Position numbers and translations under genes: made by a program
Notes under the pieces: generated by a model
What the model was told of the DNA's origin: nothing
The model's database searches: none
Seen by the model: only the letters and a program-made list of their open reading frames with translations
In this document: one piece after another, positions 54,255 through 64,000 of the stretch
Layout: each line of letters opens with the position of its first letter
Numbering within the stretch: the first letter of the stretch is position 1
NCBI GenBank assembly: GCA_013265495.1
Contig: MU057744.1
Location: forward strand, 1,564,356 to 1,628,355
Direction: 5' to 3'
DNA: 64,000 nucleotides
Source of the DNA: Vicugna vicugna
Taxonomy: Eukaryota

Positions 54255-55270
54255 TTCAGTTCACTTAATAAACACTTTATTGAGTGCCTACTATGTGCTA
54301 AGCAATGTCCCAAATTGTGGTGCTAGAGCAGTGGTTGAGACAGAGCTCATCATGTTCTGTATCTTTCATTCTAGTGGAGGAAGACAGAAAAGACTTTAGT
54401 AAACAGTGATCATACTGTGAAGGATAAGGTGGTGGTACATGACAGGATAACTCCATTAGATTGGTTTGGTCATAGAAGGCCTCACTGACTACTGAACAGC
54501 CAGGATGAAGCAGCCATTGGACGTGTGGAGGATGAAACATTGTAGATAGAAGAGATGGTGCAACGACTCCAAAGTGAGAATGAGAATGGATTGTTGTTCC
54601 CAGATTAGAAAGAGCCTGGTTGGAATCTAGCAAGTGAAGTAGGCAAGTGACATGAGATGGGGACAGAGAGATTGACAAGGGCCAAATCATTAAGGGCTTT
54701 GCAGACCAGGGTAAGAGATTTGGGTCTTATTTTAAGTTCAATGGAGAGCTATTGGGTGGTTGTAAGTAAGTGTATTACACAATTTATGTTTCTAGTTTTT
54801 GCACTGGTTGCTGCATTGGAGAGAGGGATGGAGAAGATGAATGACAGAGCTTGAACTGGGTGGTAGGGCAGTAGAAGGACTCGGGTTCAGAATCATTATT
54901 GCATTGGGTTTGAGAGGTAAGGGAAAAAGAGGAATCAAAGATTTTTGGATTTGAGTGTATTGTTGAGATGAGGAAGATGGTTGAAAGGCATAGAGAAAGG
55001 AAGACATTAATAGTACATGTACTCTTTTGACTGTGCTGGATTTATGACAGCAAGTAGAGATGTCAAATAAGCAGCTTAGTCTCGAGCACTAAGGAGAGGT
55101 CAAGTCGGATGACAGAGATTTGAGAATCACTGGGTTATATTATGACATTAAAAACCAAAAGTTTGGGTGAGAACTTCCTGGAGGAATTTGTGGTTATAGA
55201 AGAGAGAGGGCCTTAGGTCAAGCACTTCCGACCTTTAAAGGTAGGTCAGAAAAGAATGGCTCAACAAGGG
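54255..55270 (-). mobile_element. L2 fragment
   Basis: ttattgagtgcctactatgtgc 3'-end signature; agagatgtcaaataagcag. Confidence 0.65.
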
Positions 55271-56399
55271 AGACAGTTTTTTTTTTTTTGTCTTCCAAGA
55301 ATATAAAAATCTTTCTTGGAATCTTTATTCTCTAAATAAACTAGAAGACTATTTTGTGAGTTTAATAACGCACAAAGCCATTGGGTACTAAAATGTAAAT
55401 ACCACATACAGTTGAATTTCAGTGGTAACTCTATTTTGTTACTGCAAAAGTTGAGAAGTGCGTGATGAACATGGAAATAAAATCACACTTCTGGAGATAA
55501 TTTAACAGATGACATATTTGGGAAAAGTAAGGAATGTAAAAGGAACAAAGCAGTTGTCAAAAAACACAAACAGTAAAAGTCAAGATATAATTATAGTTCT
55601 ATTCCTTATGTGGGAGAAGAAAGGAAAATGAAACTAATAGAAAACTCCATCCCAGAAATACCTGAGAGGAGGAAGGAAACTAACATGTAAACAAAAGGAG
55701 GGAAACAACAAGAGAAGGTAAAGCTATGAAGCTGGTCCATAGATTTAAATAATTAGAGGGAGGGCTGGCAGTAATCTTTGTGCTCTACCCCAACAAACTG
55801 CAGGAACAGATAAGGCATAAACGCGGTGTGTTTTAACACCAGGTGATGACTTCTGTGAAAGTTAAAATCACCACCTGCCATTTCTATAACAGCCTACCTA
55901 CAGAAAAGTAAGGTAAAGGTGGGTATTAGGCTTCAAGACTTATAAAACCCAGTAAGACTAGGAATTTCAAACAATTTAAAAGCGTTTTTAGTAGAATCCC
56001 ATCAATTGGGAGCGTAAGGTACTGGTTTCATTCAGAGTAAGTCTGAAGCCATGTAGCCCCTCCTTGAATATCAACAAGCTCCATTTTGAAGTCTTTTTTT
56101 TTTTTTTAATATGTAGTGACTTTTAAAATTAAAAGAAAATTTTCAAAATTAAAGTATAGTCAGTTTACAATGCTGTGCTCGTTTCTGGTGTACAACACAG
56201 TGATTCGGTTTTACGTAGATATATTCTTTTTTATATTCCAATTTTGAAGTTTCTTAGTTTAAAAAAAGTATTCTGGAATTCCTGTTGAGAGTTTCACTGT
56301 GAGAGGGTATTCATAATACCTTGGAAGCCCTCAAGTATAAACTTCGTAGTTGGCTTCCTTTAAAAGGCCAGGAAAGAAACCATCTTTCTCTACATTCAC

Positions 56400-57250
56400 A
56401 TGTAACAGCGCTACTGCCGACGCGTTTGAGTCCTCCGCGCCTTCAGGAGAAAGGCGGGCCTTCCCTTAACCAATCAGACGAGTCCTCGCGGTCACCTGAC
56501 AGCAGACCCGCGTTCTCATTGGCGGACTCTGCCGCCGTCTGGCCGCCGGCGCGGTGCTCGTCTCAGATGTGGAAAGACCGAGAAGGCGCGTCCCGACCTG
56601 GGGAGCGCGCGGATTCTGACGGGACTGCCGCCCGCGCGGCCTGTGGGACTCGCAGTCTCTGGCAGTGTGGCCGCAGTCGTGGATACGCATTTTCCTCAGG
56701 TTAACGGTGAGGGCGGTGACGGGGCAGAGGCGAGGAGCGGTGGTCTGGGCTCTACAGATGTGGTGAGCGGAAGCGCCGCGGGGCCGCTGTGGCCGCGGCT
56801 TCGGTCCTCCTCACGCGTCTTGCGTCCTCCTCACCTGACTTCAATTCTCCTCACCCGTTTTCGGATCCTCTCCCCTGACTTCCGTCCTCCTCACCCGTCT
56901 TCTGGTCCCCTCTCCCGTCTCAGGATCCTCCTCCCCCGTCCCCCGTCCTCGGGTCCCCCCTCCCCCGTCTCCTGGTCCCCCTCTCCCCCGCCCCCGGGTC
57001 CCCGAGGGCGCGGCCTTCCTGGCCCGGGCCTGGCCGGCTTCGTTCCGCTGGCCCGGGGCCCGCGTCAGCCCCGGAGGAGGTGCGGCCGGCGCGCTCGGGG
57101 TGAGTGGGGCCAGCTTCTGTTCGGCGGACGGAGGGCGGTTTGGTAAGAGCACTGCGGGCTCGTTTTGTGTGGTGCGTGCGACTCTGAGGGACTGGTCAGC
57201 GCGGGCATGAGTGCCTCGGAGACGCTTCTCGTGGGCAAAATGGGCAACAC
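56400..57250. promoter_or_regulatory. CpG island with promoter-like architecture; host gene unidentified
   Basis: Dense CpG/GC in an AT-rich context. CCAAT at about 56470 and inverted ATTGG at about 56518. Several + strand GTGAG/GTAAG donor-like motifs (about 56708, 56764, 57100, 57142). C-rich tract at 56800-57000. Confidence 0.75.
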
Positions 57251-57347
57251 TTAAACAAGTGTTCCCTTTGAGTTCTTACAGTTCTGTTTTCGGTTGCCTG
57301 GATCTATGTAGGTTTCGCCCTCAGCTCGGAGTTCGTCGTAAATTCTG

Positions 57348-57349
<2 letters not shown>

Positions 57350-57382
<33 letters not shown>

Positions 57383-57396
57383 CTTTTTTTTTTTTA
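57350..57396. repeat. Long poly-T tract
   Basis: Read directly from the sequence. Confidence 0.95.
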
Positions 57397-60300
57397 TTCT
57401 GCTGGTGGAATTGAATTATCGTTGACCAGATTTTGCCCGCATGTGGCTTTCAGCAGGTGACCTGCTGGAGGGAAGAAGCTGAAGAGGGGAGCAAACTTAC
57501 CCTGTTTCAGGAGAGAAGAGGAAACATACAGGATTTGAGTCTTAAAAGGTTAAAAATAAGGACAAGGCATGCAGAATAAGATTATTAGGTTGGGGGATGG
57601 GCTTTGAACATGCAGCTTCTCTCAGAATTCTGCAGTAGAAAATTCTCAGGGCTGGAATGACACTTTTGGGATGATGGACTTCTGAGCCAGAAGAGATTTT
57701 CTAATGCACCGTAGATACTTCCCTCACCTCTAAGAGTTCAAAGTCATAAAGCAGTAGGGGCTGACTCTAAGTACAGTATTCCTGAGTGGTGAGTTACAAC
57801 GTCTGCTAATAAACAGTTTTATCCTTTGACATGTTCTGCTAAGTTTTTATTGTGGCTTGTGAATGTTTAGTGTCCTCCAGGGGGCTTTTAGGCGAATATG
57901 TTCTCACAGCACACGTGGTACCATTATACAGTGAGCCAACCTAATGGGTTTTAATTATGCTAAGGGCGGTGGACCTTGGCGCTGCTGACAAATTCATGTT
58001 TTTTACATTGCTGGGATGGAGAGCACAAACCAAAGGTTTCACCTGGAATCATGTCTGGAAAGTAGTTTCCTTTGCTATGATGCCACCTCTCAGTTTTGTT
58101 TCCCAAGTTGAAGAGTACAGGTGACTGGTGGCATTCACATCCACGTGGTGGAAACAGAGGAAGTGTTGCTCTTGACTTTGGGAGACCCAGATTCTAGGCG
58201 AGGATTTTCACTTCCTCTGTTGGGATTTGAACAAGTCACCTAACAAGAAGCACTTCATTTGCCTTGGCTGTAAAGTAGGGGAGAGCCATCCCATACAGGA
58301 GGCCTCCTGAGGATTACTGAGAGGTAGTAATAAGATGATACACGATCAGTGAATATTTGAGCGATCTCTTCCCTCCAGTAGGAGCTCTCTGCCTGGTTAG
58401 CAATCTGGTTACTTTAGCTAATGTTTTTCCCCTCTGGTTGCTGTCGTACTTGTTTAATTTTCTGCAATCCCTTAGTTTGTTAAGCACGGCTATCTGGGGT
58501 TCAGCTGTACTTCCTTTTGTATCCCAGTTGACATGTAGGTATGTGTTCATTTTGGTATTTGTCTGATCTGTTAGTTCTAAAAATGGGAGAGGCTTGAAGG
58601 ACACTCTTGTTGCTGACATATTGAGTGTGGCTCTGCTCCACTGTAAACTTTTCAGTGATCCTGTGTGTTCACTGACTCTCATGAATTGCTGGCAATTCAC
58701 AAAACAAAATGAGATCTTCAGTGCTGAGGTGGGCAAAGCACTTCTCTCCTAATTTTCCTGATAATGCTCCTACAGTTTGTTATTAGATAGTAGTTACAGT
58801 GCTGGTAGAGAGTGACTTGATATGCCAGCAGGGATACATGTGACTTTTCCACATTTTTGATAAATACTCATGCAGTTGCTAGAGAGACCCAGTTGTTGGA
58901 GAGACTCTTTCCATGCTGAAGACATAACGGCACCAGTGAAATCTGTTGAGTTTCCTGCCAATCCGTCTGAGGTGTAACCAGGTCTTTGTAACTGTTTTAT
59001 AATAATTGCAGTAAATTTAGTGGAAAACTAGAGCTCCTGGCACCGAGTAGTTACTCACTAACTTTGTAGTAACCAGCCAATTGCATCTGTTCTTTAAACA
59101 CCAGTAAATTGAATTAAATAATTAGCAGGTTAAAAAATTATAATATAATATTGTTTTATAATTATAAAGTTAAAATTTAAAAATTTAAAATATGTAATTA
59201 AAATTCTGCTTGGAGACTGAAAAAATACCTATTCTCCACCTTAGCCTCACTTGAGATCTTCCTCATTGAATCACTTCTCATCTCTGTAAGATGCACGGTT
59301 GCAAAAACTAGAATAGGTAGTTTCTTATGTTTTCATGAAAGGTGTAAATACTGTTTGTAGCATACTACCTGTTGAATTGAAGACAAAAAAGTTGTGAGGC
59401 ACAGAGTGCAGAAACTCCATTTAATAAAGATGGTAGAAAGGATTTTAATTCACTGAAAGAATTGGTAATCCAGTTAATTCCAGAGCTTTCCAAGTTAACG
59501 TGTTTTAAAATGTTAGGTAGTCCTCTTTACTAAAAATAGAGCTTCCAGTTACAACTAGAAATTTTGTTTAGTTTTTTTTCTGCCTTGGTATTAATAAATT
59601 CCTTAGTAATGAAGTTCATAAAACATAGGCTAGTCTGATGACTTTCGTATCTTTCCAATGACAAAAGTCAAAAGCAATCTAATTATTACTTTAGAGAAAG
59701 AGTTTCTCAAGAGATAAGATGCTCCTGATAAAACCAGTAGCCTCACCTGTTAAGGCCCATCCATCTAAAGAATGTCTTAAGCTAGAATGGAATTATCTAG
59801 TTGTTGGTAATGTTGTTATTCCATCCTTTGAAGCTGCCCTCTGAAAAACAAATTGTGACTCATACCATTGTAGCCCAGGCTTAATTTAATGGAAATATAA
59901 ATGTATTACTGCTTTATGGTTTTACTTGATTCATGAAATTTTGTGATAATTGGTAACACGTCTTTAAAAATACCAGGCCTCAAGCTTCTGCTCAAAAGCT
60001 TTTCTCTTATTTTACCAACTGATAAGTTTATCTGCTGTCAAGCTAGTAAATACAGAATTAAGAATCAGAAACTTTCATGTATTTGACTTTCCCTTATCAC
60101 CAATTTAATAGCTTAACATAACTTTTTGACGTGACAGAAAATGTGTCAGTGTGACTCGCAATTATGGTAAGAAATAGAAAAAGAGCATATCCTTTAACAG
60201 AGAGCTCCAGAAATTTGGATCCAGGTGCATTTATTACACTAACAGATTCTAAGTCTTGCTTAGAATCATGAACGTTAGTTGTGTTTGTTAACTGGTGTCC

Positions 60301-61018
60301 CTTGGTTGTGCAGCTTGTTTCCTGCTACAGGGTGGTCAGCTCAAGTCTCCCTCAGAATGTACTTGCATTGTACATTGGTTGCTACAGGGTTAGGAAGTTG
60401 ACAAGAAGACTGTTAAGTAGGAAGTTGACAAGAAGACTGTTAGGCTAAGAACATTCAATCTAGATTCATCAGGGGCACAGACACTGAAGGCAGAAAGGCC
60501 TCCAGTTAAAATCCCAGCTCTGTTATTTATGTGTTTGTTAGTTTTCAGTAATTTTTTCTGTTACAGGCAGCACTGCAGTGAACATCCACATGCAGCTCTC
60601 TGAGCAGAGTTCATTTCCTTAGAGTAAACTACAACAAATGGAACTTCTAAGCTACAGGCATATACTTTTTAGGGCTTTTGATATTTACTCCCATATTACC
60701 CTCTAGAATAATTTACAATCCCATGAGCCGTGTTTTTGAGAGTCATTTTCCCATTCTCTCATCCACACCAGCCATTTTTATTTAAAATAAAAAGCCTGCT
60801 ATTCTGAAAGGCAAAATTCTTTGTTTTGGAAAAATTGTGTTTCTTTGATTACTGATCAGGATGACCATTTCTCATGTTTACTGTGTTTGTGTGAATTTCC
60901 CTGTTTATATCCGTGGCCCTCTTTTCTATTAGAATATTTGCCTTTTTTTGATATATAGCTGTCATTTAAACACACATACACAAACACACACTATCATGTA
61001 TATATTAAAATTTCCAGT

Positions 61019-61172
61019 GGGGAGGGTATATATAGCTCAAGTGGTAGAGTGCATGCTTAGCATGTGCAAGGCTCTGGGTTCAATCTCCAGTACCTCCTCT
61101 AAAAGTAAATAAATGTATAAGCCTAGTTACCTCCCCCCTCAAAAAATAAGTAAAATAAGAAATAAATTTAAA
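61019..61172 (+). mobile_element. Vic-1-like SINE
   Basis: A and B boxes, tail, TSD aaaatt(t/c)ccagt. Confidence 0.85.
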
Positions 61173-61777
61173 AAAATTCCCAGTTTTCTTGTTAACATTT
61201 GCTTTGGTTATAGTGTTTTTGTTATGTTGAAGTTTAAAAAATGTATTTAGTAAGCTATCTATTTTTGTTCTTTGTATTTCTGCCTTTAGGAATGTCTTTA
61301 GAAAATCTTTCCTACCACATAATTATAAAAATATCTATTGATGTTTTCTTCTTGTACTTTCATAGTTTTCTTATGTTCTTAATCTTTACGGAGTTAAATT
61401 TGATATAAGACATAGGGGTTTTGAATTATATATATATTTGAATAGGTGATACATTTACCTGTGGCAAAATTCAGAAGGTACAGTTAGAGTCTTCCTCCTA
61501 ACTTTGACTAATATGAATATAGCCATATTAAAGTTCAAAAGAGTTTACTTCATTAATAATTAAACATTTTCTTGTATGTAGTCATACAAAAATATCCCTG
61601 TGATTGTCCTTTTTAAATTTTATTTTTAAATAAGAAAAGCTATTGTTTATATTACCTGAAAGCCTTATGCATTAGTGATACTAAATTTATATGTACCTAC
61701 TTCTTACTTTTTCCTGCCCGTCATATAAATTATGATAGTTTTTGCAACCATATCAAATATAAAGATTTTCTCCAGTT

Positions 61778-62212
61778 TGTCAACTGAAAAAAAAATGGAC
61801 AACCTAAAATTGAGAATTATGTTTTTTTTAGCAGACCTGCTGAGGACTTAATCCTGGGAGACAGCTTCTCAGATAGCTCTGAGGGAGGAGGTAGGGGAGG
61901 AGCCAGGATATGTAGGAGTTTTTGCAACAAAAATCAGGTAGTTGGAACATCAGAAGATTACTGTTAATTAAAAACCAGACATCTCAAGTTATGGGATTTA
62001 GTGCTTTACAAATCTAGGTATGGGAAGATGCAAGAGTCTGGGCTTACTGAAGTCATTCCTTTGATGTGCACCTTAGCTGTCTAGGGCCAGTATCTTGTTT
62101 TCTCCATCCTCAGGGTGCACCATCAGAGTTAGGAGGTGGCTGCGGTGGCTGAGGGCTTGATGGCTACAACAGCCTTTGTCTACTGATGTGGCAGGTGACA
62201 TTCTTTGTCACA
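61778..62212 (-). mobile_element. Solo LTR (MER41-like, artiodactyl)
   Basis: TG...CA ends; ttctcagatagctctgag..tatgggaagatgcaagagtctgggctta. Confidence 0.7.
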
Positions 62213-64000
62213 CGTTTTAAAGACTGTTTTGGTGGTGATTCAGATACACTTGAGTGTACTCTATATGGTTATCGTATTGCTTGGGAATGTAGATTTACGA
62301 GGCCAAATCTAAGCATCTTTTATTTGAGTAGATATTCCTAGTTATCAGGTAATTCAGTAATTCCCACCACCATAGCCATGCTTTTCTCTTTTGTGCAAGT
62401 CTTCTGTGAGGGTAAGAGATCTGTGCTTAGGGAAAATCTTGACTTAGTAGAAAATGAGTAGTGTGGGAGGGACGCAGATTACTGTACTCTAATTCTGTCG
62501 CTGTGCTTGTCATGGCCCTCACTCTACAATAGAATTCTTCCTGAGTATAATACGGTTCTTTTATAAGCAGTAAGTACATGACTACATCCGTGAGTCACAG
62601 TTTTAAAAAATGCCATCTTCTCAGCTTTGGCAGTGTTTATTCCTTATCTTGGAAAGTAGTGTGATGTTGAGGAATGCGTCCCAGACAAGAGGGCAGGAGA
62701 CCTGGACTTGCCTCCAAGTTTTTCCCAATTTAGGCAAATCTTGCACCTCCTTTATTTTTTTAGTTCTGAAGTGACAATAATATTTTCTTTTCCCCATTCA
62801 TTATAGTTGTGTTGAGCATCATATAACGTGTGTAAAGTACAGTGAAAATATCTAATATGCTACACAAATGTAAGTAAGTTGCTGGTAAGAAAAGAGAAAA
62901 ATCTCCACTCTGATTATTCTTAACTTCTGTGCATAACTCAGTGTCCAGAAGAACGTGTATGTGCTCTGCCACTTGGGCTTCCTGTTTCAAAGGCTACTTA
63001 TTAATTGACGTTTCTATGCTCCCTTAAGTTTACCTGGCTGTTATCTTATGCCATCTTCCACTTCTAGATATGGGGAACTTCGGATCAAGTTTCAAAATAA
63101 AAGCGTTGAAGGGTTTCTCTTGGTATTTACTTATATATGATATATATATATATCCAAAAAGGGGAATACTGTCATTAAAGAGCCATGTACTTTATGAAAA
63201 TGTATTTTAACAACAGATTTAAAAGTATAGACCATCAAAGGAAAACCAAATTTTATTACTTGGATTGTTGCACATCAAAGCACACAAAACATAAAATTTA
63301 AGATCTAGAAGTATCCTGAATACATAGTGTATTCCTATCAATCAATATGAGAATGACAACCAAAGAGAAAAAAGAGAGATACCCAAGAATACGCATTTCA
63401 CAAAAGAGGAAATACAAATGGGTCATTATAGAAGTTAAAACATAGTCAACCCTCATTATTAATTGGGGAAATGAAAACTAAAAGCAAAGTGAAGTTATTA
63501 TTTCACAGATTGGGAGTATTATAATCGGAAAGAGTGTGGAGCAATAGGAATTTCCACTCTTTTCTTTCCTCTAATGCTTTGGCTTTTCTGTGTGGGTTTT
63601 TGTTTCCATGACTTAAATTGTTTTTGTTGCATTGAAAACTGCAGAAACACATCTGTTAAGGATGTGATCAAAGCAAGCAAGGTGGTCACCGTTGATACTG
63701 TTTAGAAAATGAACTTGGAGACACTTTAGAAATGATTTTACCCCTTCTGCTTGGTTCCTCTTGAGGAATTTGAGGCATTCGGGTTCAGTAACTTAACAAA
63801 AGTTGGTCCTTTTAGTGATGAAGTCAAGACTAAAATTTGGCTATCATTTCTTTTGTATCCATTCTGCCTTAATATGATGACTCATTACAATAGAAATAAT
63901 ACAGTTTAATCACCTAACCCTTATGAGATGCACTTATATCCCAACACTTCCAGTAACCTCTAGCTAAGAAAATAGCAATACTGTACGTCACATTCAGTCT

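Noticed and set aside
56321..57152. ORFs across the CpG island
   Set aside because: Low-complexity Pro/Arg/Gly translations typical of CpG islands, with non-ATG starts.
59530..59539. Perfect MEF2 site CTAAAAATAG
   Set aside because: A single 10-mer in AT-rich DNA is expected by chance; no supporting cluster seen.
60391..60442. CRISPR-like direct repeat
   Set aside because: Only two copies, no spacer, mammalian DNA.
63068..63122. Possible small exon (cttctag...gtattt)
   Set aside because: Weak donor and no recognisable peptide.

Overview
Mammalian genomic DNA, most likely camelid (camel, alpaca or llama), judged from tRNA-derived Vic-1-like SINEs and young artiodactyl L1 3' ends. The only coding exon I can support is a 120-nt internal exon of RYR2 (cardiac ryanodine receptor, exon 2; 30362-30481, + strand). 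The flanks are therefore nominally RYR2 intron 1 and intron 2 and are filled with L1, L2, MIR, LTR and DNA-transposon fossils. Nearly every ORF in the supplied track is spurious. The notable items are: (1) an ORF-less ~1 kb L1-derived element (full 5' UTR joined directly to an L1MB/MC-type 3' end) that inserted with a TSD into a young L1; (2) an MPHOSPH6 retrocopy whose homology stops at a splice-donor-like site, nested in a twin-primed L1; (3) a decayed C2H2 zinc-finger pseudogene; (4) an 820-bp tandem duplication that is half identical and half diverged; (5) an unexplained CpG-island promoter at 56.4-57.3 kb inside the presumed RYR2 intron, after a GC-to-AT compositional shift; (6) GC/CpG-enriched patches in old repeats that suggest GC-biased gene conversion. 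Repeat family names come from recalled consensus sequences, not from a database search. I found no convincing novel protein-coding system.
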